DNA from: Aggregatilineales bacterium
Lineage (GTDB): Bacteria > Chloroflexota > Anaerolineae > Aggregatilineales > Phototrophicaceae
DNA: 64,000 nucleotides
NCBI GenBank assembly: GCA_038328375.1
Contig: JBBQLX010000011.1
Coordinates: forward strand, 1,283-65,282
Direction of reading: 5' to 3'
The notes under the pieces are model-generated. The model was not told the DNA's origin, made no database searches, and worked only from the letters and a program-made list of their open reading frames with translations. Below are positions 8,723 through 18,610 of the stretch, in pieces. Positions within the stretch are counted from its first letter, which is position 1; each line of letters opens with the position of its first letter. The translations under genes and the position numbers were made by a program.

Positions 8723-10087
8723 CTAGCTGGCAGGTGTAGCTTCTGGTGTCAAACGACTGTTGTAGTCGGCAATCGCCGCATCCGCTTTGGACTTGGCATC
8801 CGCGAGTACCGTGTCGATGTCTTCGCCACTGGTGACACTCTGGATCGCCTGTTCCATGATGTCGCGAATCTGGGGGAACGCACCCATCAACGCGCCTGCG
8901 GTTGCGCTGCTGCTGTTGACGGCATTCAACTGGTCAACGGCGGTCTTTTGACCGGGGTTGGCGGTGAAATAACCTTCAGCGGTCAGGGCATCCTGTGCGC
9001 TCTTGGTGATGGGCATGTAACCGGTGCCTTTGTGCCATACAGTCATTTGCTCAGGAGCCATCAACCACATGATAAATTCAGTTGCGGCCTTGGTTTCTTC
9101 TTCAGGGTGACCTGCACCAATCCATAGGCTGGCACCACCGACAATTACGCCTGCGCGTTCCATGTCGGCATTCGCCGGGAAGAAACCCGTACCCAGTTGG
9201 AAGCCCGAAGTCTCTGCACCTGTCTTGAAGGTGTTCAGTGCGCCAGTGCTTTCCACGATCATCGCGGCCTGCTTGGAGATGAAAATCTGGTTTGCACCCT
9301 GATTGTCATGCAGCTTGCCGGTGTAAGTCCAATAGCCCTTGTCGTTCAAGTCTTTCCAGAAGGTCATAATGTTCTTGCCGGCATCGCTGGTGATATTGGT
9401 TTCGGTGGCGCGGTCAGCACGACCATTGCCATTGTTCGCCAATTCTTGGCCTTGCAGCGCCATCCATTGTTCGAAGTACCAGCCGTAAACCTGCATACTG
9501 ATGCAGTAGGGCGCGGCATTCGAAGCCTTGATCTTTTCGCAGTCGGCTTCCAATTCTTGCCAAGTTGACGGTGGTTTTTCGGGATCAAGTCCGGCTGCGG
9601 TGAACATATCCTTGTTGTAATAGAACAAAGGAGTTGAGTTGTTCCAAGGAATGGAATTCAACTTGCCGCCAACCGTGAAGTAGTTCAGCACGGGGGCAGC
9701 CACATCACCCTTAATTTGGGTAACTTGGTCGGCGCTGAAAGCGGTTTCGGCTGGGATGAAGAAACCGGAGTCAATCGCCAACGGGGTTCCAAGGTCGAAA
9801 ATCTGGGCGATGTTCGGGCCTTGGCCTTGACCAGCAGCCTGAATAACCGCGTTCAGGGTTTCGTTGTAATTGCCTTTATTTTGCTCGTTCACATGTACAG
9901 CGGTTTGTGACTCGTTGTATTTAGCGACCAAATCGGTGACGACTTTGCCGTTGTTACCCGACATCGCGTGCCAGAACGAAACTTCGACTGGAGTCTGTGC
10001 CAGTGCTGGTGAGAATCCCAGTGCTGCGATCAGCACCAGTACGCTCATTAGACCGATCAATAAACGTCTTTTCTGCATTTTGTCCAT
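8723..10087 (-). CDS. ABC substrate-binding protein, UgpB-like (sn-glycerol-3-phosphate type)
   Basis: Signal peptide, FWHAMSG, PWNNSTPLFYYNKD, VIVGGASLW, WHKGTGYMP. Confidence 0.85.
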   Translation of the reverse strand: MDKMQKRRLLIGLMSVLVLIAALGFSPALAQTPVEVSFWHAMSGNNGKVVTDLVAKYNESQTAVHVNEQNKGNYNETLNAVIQAAGQGQGPNIAQIFDLGTPLAIDSGFFIPAETAFSADQVTQIKGDVAAPVLNYFTVGGKLNSIPWNNSTPLFYYNKDMFTAAGLDPEKPPSTWQELEADCEKIKASNAAPYCISMQVYGWYFEQWMALQGQELANNGNGRADRATETNITSDAGKNIMTFWKDLNDKGYWTYTGKLHDNQGANQIFISKQAAMIVESTGALNTFKTGAETSGFQLGTGFFPANADMERAGVIVGGASLWIGAGHPEEETKAATEFIMWLMAPEQMTVWHKGTGYMPITKSAQDALTAEGYFTANPGQKTAVDQLNAVNSSSATAGALMGAFPQIRDIMEQAIQSVTSGEDIDTVLADAKSKADAAIADYNSRLTPEATPAS

Positions 10088-10326
10088 AACTCCTTATATC
10101 ATCAATAGGGTTTTTACGCCCTTTAACCAACAAATTTATTGTAGAGATGCCTGATTAAAAAAAGAGGGCATCACCGTTAAGTATTTTTAACCCAACAGCT
10201 TAAATTGTGTTATATGAGCATCTCCTTCATCAGGATTTAAACTTCTCTTAACAATTATCTATGATACCACTTCTCATGGAGAATCCAAATCAGCCACTTG
10301 GCTAGTTTTTGAGGCAAATTCTGGAT

Positions 10327-10650
10327 TTAGCTTTGCAACCGTCTGATAATGAGTTGTATATCGCCCACCGTTCCCAAGCCTGCCATCACCGCGACCGAGA
10401 ACACGATGAACATTGCAACTCCTTCGCCAAAAGTCGTTGCGCCGCCCAACTTTAACCCAGCAATAATCGCCACGCCCCAAAACACCATTGCTGGCAAACC
10501 TGCTACGAAGATATATGCCCATTTGCCCAAATCATCGGGTATATCAACGTGTCGGTAGCCAATGGTTTTGGGTCGCCGTCCAATGAGCAGCAGCGCCAAT
10601 ACATGTAATAACTCATGTGGTGGCCCGAAAATTTTGTAGAGAATTTCCAT
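10327..10650 (-). CDS. Small membrane protein with HExxH motif (DUF3267-like putative zinc peptidase)
   Basis: PHELLHV near the N-terminus, AGLP motif, hydrophobic helices. Confidence 0.55.
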   Translation of the reverse strand: MEILYKIFGPPHELLHVLALLLIGRRPKTIGYRHVDIPDDLGKWAYIFVAGLPAMVFWGVAIIAGLKLGGATTFGEGVAMFIVFSVAVMAGLGTVGDIQLIIRRLQS

Positions 10651-10730
10651 AGAGTGGTTATATTGAAGTGCTTCTTCTGCTTAGAGGTGAATTTCTTTCC
10701 TCGTTTAAAGTGGAAGCCAAGGGTGTGGTT

Positions 10731-11594
10731 TTAATCCCGCTCGATCAGGTAACGCGTCAACCACAGCACCAGTCCCATAATGAGGATCGGTAAGCCCAGC
10801 GGCAGCACAAAATCGACTGTGAAGCGCATCGGCCAACTCATCGGAACGAGTCGAACCAGATTGAGACATAAAAAGTAAAACCCACCAACAATTAACGTTC
10901 CGGTTGTTCCTGCTGATCGTGTTCGTAACGCCGTACCCATCAGAATGCCGATCATGGCGACCATAAATGGTTCCAGCAGCATCCTTATAATCGACACGCC
11001 CAGCCCCAGCACGATTGCCACCCGCGACAGTACCGGATTCTGGTCAAGCGGCCACAGCGTCCCATAATACGAAATGAGTAAAGGCGTACTCAGCAGCGCG
11101 ACACCCAACATCAGCAAGCCCAAATCCTCGACCTGTCGCCACATCGCGGCAGCAGCCTTACTCGCAATAATATCTCTTAAAGAGTAAGGAGTTGTACGCA
11201 GCACAGTTAAGGTGTCGTTCTGCAACTCGTCGGTCATCGAGCGCGCACCGGCACTGCTGACGATCACCAGTACCCGCGCGTAAACAACAACTGCAAAGGG
11301 CAGCAGGATGATAGCGGCTGTCACGGTTGGCAGCGCGAGTTCAATCAGAAAGGGGAAGGGCAGCGTGAGAGCAATCAAAATCGCTTGGACAATGAATGCT
11401 TGCCGCAAGAAACCCACTTCGGGCAGCATCGTTCGCCATGCCATACCCAACTGGCGACGCACCAATGGGTTAGATCGCCGCGCCCAGTACGGAAGCCCCG
11501 TGTCAATATCCTTGCCACGCTGGATTATCCGAATGAGTTGAAGTTCACTGCTGGTGTGTTCCACCGTGACCTCGTATGATTGATTTCTAATCAT
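10731..11594 (-). CDS. ABC-2-type permease-like membrane protein
   Basis: About 6 TM helices; DELQNDTLTVLRTTP...IIASK pattern. Confidence 0.6.
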   Translation of the reverse strand: MIRNQSYEVTVEHTSSELQLIRIIQRGKDIDTGLPYWARRSNPLVRRQLGMAWRTMLPEVGFLRQAFIVQAILIALTLPFPFLIELALPTVTAAIILLPFAVVVYARVLVIVSSAGARSMTDELQNDTLTVLRTTPYSLRDIIASKAAAAMWRQVEDLGLLMLGVALLSTPLLISYYGTLWPLDQNPVLSRVAIVLGLGVSIIRMLLEPFMVAMIGILMGTALRTRSAGTTGTLIVGGFYFLCLNLVRLVPMSWPMRFTVDFVLPLGLPILIMGLVLWLTRYLIERD

Positions 11595-11793
11595 AAGTAT
11601 ACACAGAATAGGCCATTTTTGTTCAACCGACTCGCTGGCGTGAACGCGTCCAACCCTTCATAATTGGCCTTTTAATGGGATAACTTCCGCAAAGTAAACA
11701 GCGCATCTTCTTGCTGAAAAATCATAGATTCCGCTGAAATAATCATATTTCGGTGTATAAAAGGCTTGTAACCACTTAATCAGGGAAGATCGC

Positions 11794-12594
11794 ATGAAAC
11801 AGGTTTATGGGTTGCGCGGACTAATCGTATTACTTTTCATTTTGCTGATTGTGGCTTGTGCCGCCGCCGCTGTTGCGTTCACATTTGTGCGGATATTTTA
11901 TGCCGATTCAAATGCCCTGCGCTTAGACCCGCTTGGACTTTCCAGCTTTCAGAATGCACCCACGCGCACCTCGCCTGAACTCAAGCGAGTCGTTTTCTTC
12001 GGAGATTCCCGCGCGGAAGATTGGCCGTGGCCTACAAATTTATCGGGTTGGGATTTTGTCAATCGGGGCATTGGCGGGCAGACGACCGCCCAAGTTTTAG
12101 GTCGCTTTTCGGCGCACATCGCACCACTTCAACCACAAGTCATCGTTTTGCAGGTTGGGGTGAATGATCTCAGGACGATTCCAATTTTCCCCGACACTCG
12201 TGCCGAGATTATCGCCAACTGTATTACCAATATTCAGGCGATTCTCCAGCAAGCCAACGAGTTAGGTTCGACCGTCATCCTGACCACTATTTTCCCTGTG
12301 ACCGATCCAAGTTTGGAACGCAGTGTTTTTTATTGGTCAGATGACATTGCTCTTGCCATTAAAGAGGTTAATGCGGTACTGCGACCATTGGCTTCAGATC
12401 ATGTGATTTTGCTAGATGTCGATCCGATTTTGTTGGACGCAAATGGTCACCCTCGTGCAGATTATATGGAAGATACGCTTCATTTGACTGTGGCTGGCTA
12501 TGCTGCGCTTAACCAGCGTTTAGCACAAATACTTGTGGATTTACCCAAATGGAGTGTTGACGAGAGGCATATTGTTGCGCCTCTCGTCAATTGA
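11794..12594 (+). CDS. SGNH/GDSL hydrolase with N-terminal TM anchor
   Basis: FFGDS, NRGIGG, GVND, DTLH blocks. Confidence 0.88.
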   Translation: MKQVYGLRGLIVLLFILLIVACAAAAVAFTFVRIFYADSNALRLDPLGLSSFQNAPTRTSPELKRVVFFGDSRAEDWPWPTNLSGWDFVNRGIGGQTTAQVLGRFSAHIAPLQPQVIVLQVGVNDLRTIPIFPDTRAEIIANCITNIQAILQQANELGSTVILTTIFPVTDPSLERSVFYWSDDIALAIKEVNAVLRPLASDHVILLDVDPILLDANGHPRADYMEDTLHLTVAGYAALNQRLAQILVDLPKWSVDERHIVAPLVN

Positions 12595-12605
12595 TTCTAT
12601 TCTCT

Positions 12606-15239
12606 TTACGGTGCTGATGGGCAATCCCCTACGATTTTCACACTATCCGAACTGACCCAACCCGACACTTCCTTACCTTCTTTGGCGACTGCCAAAATCA
12701 GATACCATGTCACACCTGTTTGTTGACTTGGTCGTTGGTAAAGAACTGTCGCGGGCATACTCGGCGGTAGATTATTCACTATCAGCGACTCCTCTGGCCC
12801 TGAAAAGACAGGTATGCTTTCGTCATGTGGCGTAGTAAGGGTACAAATTCCTATCGGTACAATATTAGTGGTAAATTCGCTTGGTACAGGCACAGCTACT
12901 ACCTCGGCTTGCGTTGGCACTTGCATAGGAACTGGCACACTAACACCCGTAGCCTGAGTTGCCCATCCGTCGGATGAATTTATGCCGTTGGCTGAAATCC
13001 ATCCGGTAAGCTGCTTATCACTACCGTTGTTGATGGTAATCAGATACCACAACGCGCCAATGGGAGCTGATTGGTGGTCATACTGCTGATAGAGAAGTAC
13101 GGCTTCGCTTTTTGCTGGGAACGTACCAACAACAGAGGCATTGCTGTTACTTGTTAACGGTTCTGCGTAAATCGTCGCGGCCTTGTCCAGTTGATTGATG
13201 ACATGAGCAGTCGTGCCATTTAAGGTGACCGCGCTGCAAGAGGGAATTGTCCCAGCACTAAATGCAGGTTGTACATCGGCTTGTATAACGGTTGGAACGA
13301 GAATCGGATTAGCCGGAACAACGGTCACCATTACTGTACCATTTGAGACTGTTGCGATAATGGGTTGGACAACACCGGCTGCCACAATTGTTGGCACCAT
13401 AGTGACGACTGCTGAGAATTGGTCATGTGGCGATGAAGGCTGAGCACAATAACTGAGGGATGTAATGTCACTGCCTTTAATCCATCCCACAGAATTGGTT
13501 TCATAACTTTGCCCGTAATACCATCCAGTAGAGTTACCAGATTGATTATCGAAGTCAAGGATCATGACATACATTCCCGGTTGCAAGGTTCCGAGGATAA
13601 CACCACTATCAGATGCACGAGAAAATAACTGTGCTGGTTGTGTACCAATCTGACCTGAACAAAGTACATTTGGTTGTGTCGCAGGACCTTGAAATAGAAC
13701 TTCGCTCTGTAAATCACTGACCAATACCCAGCCTTGTGTTGTATCCGGTAAGACGACATTTGCCCATTTTCCGTCTTCAGAAGTTGTATATATGGTGAGT
13801 GTGACATTATGTTGAAGCGTTCTAATCATATTGGCATTCGCATCAGGTTTATCGCGCAGTACTGTGAGATCCACATTTACAATTCCTGTTGCCCCGATGT
13901 TGGGTCTGATGAAACCCGAAATCATCCAACCTTGCTTTCCATCTTGCAAAGTTACATAACTCCACGAACCATCAATCGAAGTGTTTCCTATGGTTACGAG
14001 ATCCATCATCTGAGCGACACCAACCGACTTTGCGCCAATATTTGGCAGCTCATACAAGGTACTTGTGGTTCCAATGATGCCTCTTAAAGGTTGGGTTGAG
14101 GCTGTTAAGCCGTTTACAGCACTAACCATCTGAAGTTGCAATGTACTGCTCAATACCCATCCGTTTTTGCCACCATCGAGTACAACATGCGACCATTGAC
14201 CATCTTTAGACTGCTGATCAATATAAACAACGACTCCCGGTGTGAGAGTCATTCCCAATGTGCCATTTGCAGCCGGAGCTGAATGTGTAAATGTTTGGAT
14301 TTTAACAACCGCGCTGCTAGGAAGCAGATTAATCGGAACGAGGGTCGCTGCGGCGCTGTTCGAAACAATTACATCCGGTATTGCAGCCGCCCGTGCCAGC
14401 GTGATATTCACCAAGCATCTGCCCTGTAATTGTTGGCTGGCATCAAAAACAGAGAGCCGTATACCATAGTTTTGAGGGGGATAAGATGACAAATCAATCT
14501 GACCCAATGCACTAACACTCGCTACGGCTTGTGTGCCATCTGCAAGTGAAATGTATTTCCCACCAGTTCCCAATCCAATAATTTCCAACTTGTACGAACC
14601 AAAATTGGATGCAGTCGCAATGCCGGAAATAGTGACTGTTCCCGCGACAACGGTATTGCTGCTCGGTGAGATGATCACCGCATCCTGTGAGGCACAGGTC
14701 GGGTTAGCTAAAACAATAGCCGGTAGTACATCCGCAGGCGGCACAACAGTCGCCTCGACAACTCCACTTGCAGGAGCAGGTGTAGGTGTAAACGTAGGTA
14801 ATTGTGTGGGAACAAGTGTGGGCGAGGCAGCCGCTGTTGGTGTGCCGGTTGAGCCTGCTTGTAGACCTGCTTCAAAAGTGCCATTGGGGCGGATCGGTCG
14901 CAGCATCAATGCACCGATGAACAGCACCGACACACAGGCCGCCGCTAAGGTAATCGGCAGCCAGCGTTGCATATTTCGCTGCTGCGAGGGTATCACGATA
15001 GTAGTCAAAAGGAGTTCCTTCTCACGATGATTGGACGAGTGATTTAAAGAAGGACTCAGACGGAGGGTTTCACTCTCATAGACCATGTTGATTTCAGTAA
15101 TCATCTGCGCCAACAGTGGATCGCGTTCGGCTTCTCGCAGCACGGTTTCCACCGTCCCGAAGTCGGCACGTTCTAGCGCACTGCTGTAGCGGAACAGGCT
15201 TTTTTCCCGTGCCAGTTGGCGGGCATCGAGCTTACGCAT
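12606..15239 (-). CDS. Membrane-anchored multi-SH3b-domain protein, putative anti-sigma factor (877 aa)
   Basis: About 90-aa cytoplasmic N-terminus, one TM, Pro/Thr linker, repeated W-x-x-V/I...GW(V/I/M) modules; ATG 15239 overlaps the sigma stop with RBS AGGAG. Confidence 0.7.
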   Translation of the reverse strand: MRKLDARQLAREKSLFRYSSALERADFGTVETVLREAERDPLLAQMITEINMVYESETLRLSPSLNHSSNHREKELLLTTIVIPSQQRNMQRWLPITLAAACVSVLFIGALMLRPIRPNGTFEAGLQAGSTGTPTAAASPTLVPTQLPTFTPTPAPASGVVEATVVPPADVLPAIVLANPTCASQDAVIISPSSNTVVAGTVTISGIATASNFGSYKLEIIGLGTGGKYISLADGTQAVASVSALGQIDLSSYPPQNYGIRLSVFDASQQLQGRCLVNITLARAAAIPDVIVSNSAAATLVPINLLPSSAVVKIQTFTHSAPAANGTLGMTLTPGVVVYIDQQSKDGQWSHVVLDGGKNGWVLSSTLQLQMVSAVNGLTASTQPLRGIIGTTSTLYELPNIGAKSVGVAQMMDLVTIGNTSIDGSWSYVTLQDGKQGWMISGFIRPNIGATGIVNVDLTVLRDKPDANANMIRTLQHNVTLTIYTTSEDGKWANVVLPDTTQGWVLVSDLQSEVLFQGPATQPNVLCSGQIGTQPAQLFSRASDSGVILGTLQPGMYVMILDFDNQSGNSTGWYYGQSYETNSVGWIKGSDITSLSYCAQPSSPHDQFSAVVTMVPTIVAAGVVQPIIATVSNGTVMVTVVPANPILVPTVIQADVQPAFSAGTIPSCSAVTLNGTTAHVINQLDKAATIYAEPLTSNSNASVVGTFPAKSEAVLLYQQYDHQSAPIGALWYLITINNGSDKQLTGWISANGINSSDGWATQATGVSVPVPMQVPTQAEVVAVPVPSEFTTNIVPIGICTLTTPHDESIPVFSGPEESLIVNNLPPSMPATVLYQRPSQQTGVTWYLILAVAKEGKEVSGWVSSDSVKIVGDCPSAP

Positions 15240-15822
15240 GGTCATTCTCCTGCTTGTAATACGCCAGCCGCAGCCGCCCCATCGCGCGGTGCAGTCGTAC
15301 TCGTGCTGCCCCCGCCGAAACATTGAGCGCTTGTGCCAGTGCCGCGCCATCCAACCCGTTCATAATTGCCAGCCGCAGCACCCGTTCATCATCCGGCGCA
15401 AGTGCCGCCATCAGGGCATGAACTTCGTCGTGTTGGTCAAATCCGTCAGGTGTCATGGTGGCGGCATCTGCCAGCCAATCGAATAGTTCGTCGTCGCTCA
15501 TGAGTGCTTCCACTTCAGGATGTAAATCTCGGATAAGCGGTTCACGTTGGTCGCGGTTCACCAGTTCGTGCTGTCGTCGCTTCACCAGATTGGCAGCGAT
15601 TCCCAGTAGCCATGCCTTGGGTTGCCCCGCAGTGCGGAAACGATCTTCATGTTCGAGCGCTTCCTCAACCACATCGTTGAGCAAATCCTGCGCGGCAGCC
15701 TCCAATGGCAAATCTCGACCACTCAACCCGGCGCGAAACAAGTAGTAACGCAGCGTGCCGAGTAACGTGCCGGACTCGTATTCAATAAACTGGCGGAGGC
15801 GTGTTTTCTCCGTCTGAGCCAT
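15232..15822 (-). CDS. ECF RNA polymerase sigma factor
   Basis: AAQDLL...KAWLLGIAANL (region 2); ALAQALNVSAGAARVRLHRAMGRLR (region 4). Confidence 0.88.
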   Translation of the reverse strand: MAQTEKTRLRQFIEYESGTLLGTLRYYLFRAGLSGRDLPLEAAAQDLLNDVVEEALEHEDRFRTAGQPKAWLLGIAANLVKRRQHELVNRDQREPLIRDLHPEVEALMSDDELFDWLADAATMTPDGFDQHDEVHALMAALAPDDERVLRLAIMNGLDGAALAQALNVSAGAARVRLHRAMGRLRLAYYKQENDHA

Positions 15823-15869
15823 AAGTTGGAATTCCTGCTTTCGGTACCTTTTGCATGTCTTCCTGTAGT

Positions 15870-15899
15870 CTATTCGTGTTTCACTCGCTAAATGTTACA
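15870..15899 (-). promoter_or_regulatory. Putative ECF-type autoregulatory promoter TGTAAC-N17-CGAATAG
   Basis: AAC-type -35 and CG-type -10 about 50 nt upstream of the sigma gene. Confidence 0.4.
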
Positions 15900-16013
15900 A
15901 CCAACTGCAAAATTTCATCTTTATCTTGCTTTAACTTTGTGTTCTTTGTGGTGAAAATGTCCGGTGTTTTCTCCGGCTAGCTCTGAAAGTAGTCTACCTC
16001 ATACGCTGTATTG

Positions 16014-16040
16014 CTCCCTCCATCGCTTGCGGGGGAGGGT
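16014..16040 (+). repeat. REP-like palindromic repeat, copy 1 (CCCTCC...TCGCTTGCGGGGGAGG)
   Basis: Identical 16-mer TCGCTTGCGGGGGAGG also at about 27345 and 55793. Confidence 0.7.
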
Positions 16041-16158
16041 TCTGGATACATTACTTTGCATCTTATGCTCTACCACCATCACACTAACTCCGAGTACAAT
16101 AAAGGTAAGCATGTCCACCATAACATGCGTCTGATAGATGTAAGGGAGGTTTATCCTC

Positions 16159-16590
16159 ATGTCAGAAATTGAACAACTCAGCCCTCGAGCCGTTCGCTTG
16201 CGTGAAGCAGGGCATAAACTCACCAACGCACGTCTCACGGTACTCAATGTGCTGGAAAATAACGACGGTCATTTAACTTCAGCCGAAGTGCTGGATCAGG
16301 TTGATAAGCGGGACTCCTCTATCGGTCGCGCCAGTGTATTCCGTACACTTGATTTGCTGACCAGCCTGTCCATTATCCGTCCGACGTATATGAACAGCAG
16401 CATGACTCCCACTTATGTCCTCATGCCGGATGGTCATCATCATCATATCGTTTGTACCAATTGCAATCGCATCATTGAATTTGAAAACTGTGGTCTCAGT
16501 GCAATCGCCGCTGAACTTGAAGAACGTCTGCACGTCAAGCTCACAGGCCATTTGCTGGAATTTTACGGCCTCTGCGACAAATGCTCCTGA
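16159..16590 (+). CDS. Fur-family transcriptional regulator (Zur/PerR-like)
   Basis: GHKLTNAR, ASVFRTL, HHHHIVCTNC, GLCDKC. Confidence 0.92.
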   Translation: MSEIEQLSPRAVRLREAGHKLTNARLTVLNVLENNDGHLTSAEVLDQVDKRDSSIGRASVFRTLDLLTSLSIIRPTYMNSSMTPTYVLMPDGHHHHIVCTNCNRIIEFENCGLSAIAAELEERLHVKLTGHLLEFYGLCDKCS

Positions 16591-16607
16591 GATAGGATGA
16601 CTTGTAC

Positions 16608-16853
16608 ATGGAAACAATCAAAGTCAAAACACATGTGGGTAACGACGGCATATTGAAGTTAGAGTTGCCAGTTGGCTTCTCAAATAGTGATCTGGAAATT
16701 GTTGTAGTCGTTCAATCGACTTCTGTGCAACCGGATAATTTTGATCGTGCCGAATGGCTTGCTTTTATCGAATCGACGGCTGGCAGTCTTGCTACTGATC
16801 CTATTGAGCGTGGTACTCAGGGAATACACGAAATTCGAGATGAGATTTTATGA
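16608..16853 (+). CDS. Putative type II antitoxin, partner of VapC
   Basis: METIKVKTHVGNDGILKLELP family-type N-terminus; stop overlaps the PIN toxin start. Confidence 0.7.
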   Translation: METIKVKTHVGNDGILKLELPVGFSNSDLEIVVVVQSTSVQPDNFDRAEWLAFIESTAGSLATDPIERGTQGIHEIRDEIL

Positions 16854-17251
16854 AGTATCTGCTGGATACAAATACCTGTATCCGTCATTTGAATCAGCGT
16901 TCGCTATCTATCATTCAAAAACTGAGTAGCGTATCACCTGTTGATATTGCCGTTTGTTCGATAGTCAAAGCTGAATTATTTGCCGGTTCTGCTAAAAGCC
17001 TAATGCCGCAACAATCTTTGGCAAAACAACAAACATTTTTAAGTCGATTTATATCACTCCCATTTGATGACAATGCCGCTATGACTTACGGTGCAATTCG
17101 CGCATCGCTTGAAAAATTAGGTACGCCAATTGGCCCACTTGATATGATGATTGCAGCTATAGCAGTTACTCATAATCTGACGCTCGTTACGCACAATACC
17201 GCTGAATTCAGCCGCATAACCAATCTTAAAATTGAAGATTGGGAAACATAA
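16850..17251 (+). CDS. vapC: VapC PIN-domain toxin
   Basis: YLLDTNTC, ELFAG, IGPLDMMIAAIA, LVTHNTAEF. Confidence 0.92.
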   Translation: MKYLLDTNTCIRHLNQRSLSIIQKLSSVSPVDIAVCSIVKAELFAGSAKSLMPQQSLAKQQTFLSRFISLPFDDNAAMTYGAIRASLEKLGTPIGPLDMMIAAIAVTHNLTLVTHNTAEFSRITNLKIEDWET

Positions 17252-17269
17252 ACAGCTAAAGACGAACTC

Positions 17270-18406
17270 ATGCACATTGCTTTCAACGGCTGGTTCTGGG
17301 ATCAGCCCAACACAGGCAGCGGTCAATATATTCGCTACCTGCTTCAAAATCTGCGTCGTGTCGCGCCTGACCTGCAACTGACAATGGTTATGCCGCCACA
17401 CAATTCCTCACCAATGGATTTGCCCCCTAATGTCAGCGTCATACCCACACGCGGCGGCAGTGGTAATCTCGGCAAAGTATTGTTCGAGCAGCGTTCGTAT
17501 CCGCAGGCTGTCAAGCAGTCCGGCGCGGATATTGCCCATGTGCCGTATTGGGGGCCGCCGCTGTCATCACCCGCCCGTCTCGTGACCAGCATTTTAGATG
17601 TGATTCCGCTGGCTTTGCCCGAATATTCCAATGGATTTCGCGCCCGTTTGTATACCTCATTGGTTCGTGCTGCTTCGCGTGGTGCTGCCCATACCATCAC
17701 TATTAGCAACGCCGCCAAAGCCGACATTATCAAATATCTGGCGTTACCCGAAGACACCATAACCACCACCTATCTCGCGGCTGATGAAGCCTACCATCCG
17801 CGCATGGGTGCGGAGCGAGATGCCGCCGTTCGTGCCAAGTATGATTTGCCTGATCAATTTGTCTTATATATGGGCGGCTTCGACATTCGCAAGCAGGTCA
17901 ATGAACTCCTGCTGGCTTACACCTATGTCGGGCAGGCCGAGGGTGATAATATCCCGCTGGTCATCGCCGGACGTGAACCGCAGTGGGGCAGTCCGATGTT
18001 CCCCGACCTTCGCAAATATGCTGAAGAACTTAAAATCACCGATTACGTCCGCTGGATTGGTTATGTTGATGAAGCCGATAAACCCTCGCTCTATCGCCTT
18101 GCCGATGTCTTTGTCTTTCCCAGCGTCTATGAAGGTTTTGGCCTACCCGTTCTCGAAGCGATGGCTTCGGGTACTCCGGTTGTTGCTAACGAGGTTTCAT
18201 CCATTCCCGAAGTGACTGGCGAAGCGGCCTTTTTGGTGGGTGAAGGCAATGCCCGCGCCATGGGTGGTGCGATTATCGCTTTGTTGCTGCAACAGTCTTT
18301 TCGCGAGTCACAAATTAATCAAGGACTTGCCCGCGCAACTAACTTTAGCTGGCGCAAAACCGCCAAAGAAACCATCGCTGTCTACGAAAAGGTCATGGCG
18401 ATGTGA
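17270..18406 (+). CDS. Glycosyltransferase family 4
   Basis: FVFPSVYEGFGLPVLEAMASG. Confidence 0.92.
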   Translation: MHIAFNGWFWDQPNTGSGQYIRYLLQNLRRVAPDLQLTMVMPPHNSSPMDLPPNVSVIPTRGGSGNLGKVLFEQRSYPQAVKQSGADIAHVPYWGPPLSSPARLVTSILDVIPLALPEYSNGFRARLYTSLVRAASRGAAHTITISNAAKADIIKYLALPEDTITTTYLAADEAYHPRMGAERDAAVRAKYDLPDQFVLYMGGFDIRKQVNELLLAYTYVGQAEGDNIPLVIAGREPQWGSPMFPDLRKYAEELKITDYVRWIGYVDEADKPSLYRLADVFVFPSVYEGFGLPVLEAMASGTPVVANEVSSIPEVTGEAAFLVGEGNARAMGGAIIALLLQQSFRESQINQGLARATNFSWRKTAKETIAVYEKVMAM

Positions 18407-18420
18407 CCTTTTTTGCCTTC

Positions 18421-18595
18421 AAACCATTTCCTAACCATATATCAACAATTTCTCCTTCGCTGCTCCCTCAAAATGGTTGGTAACTTCGTCTCGAAAGAGT
18501 TACCAAAATGTAACCCATTCGACCTTGTTTTCGTTTATGATAGTTCTATCGGTATCTCTGCTCTGTGTCTCTGAGCCATTGTGTCTTTGTGTTAA
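18421..18595 (+). repeat. Element X, copy A (promoter-like non-coding repeat)
   Basis: Homologous to the reverse complement of 31165-31337 (shared AAACCA, TCCCTCA, AAAGAGTTAC, CCAAAATGTAACCC, TATGnT blocks). Confidence 0.7.
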
Positions 18596-18610
18596 AAGGC
18601 TTCGTATGAA

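Noticed and set aside
6789-10087. ABC operon lacking an ATPase gene
   Set aside because: Carbohydrate ABC systems commonly share an ATPase encoded elsewhere; not unusual.
15240-15350. ORF-track N-terminal extension of the SH3 protein
   Set aside because: Overlaps the sigma gene; the RBS and stop/start coupling point to ATG 15239.
16608-17251. VapBC pair and MNT-HepT pair (39554-40187) as novel systems
   Set aside because: Canonical, widespread type II TA modules.
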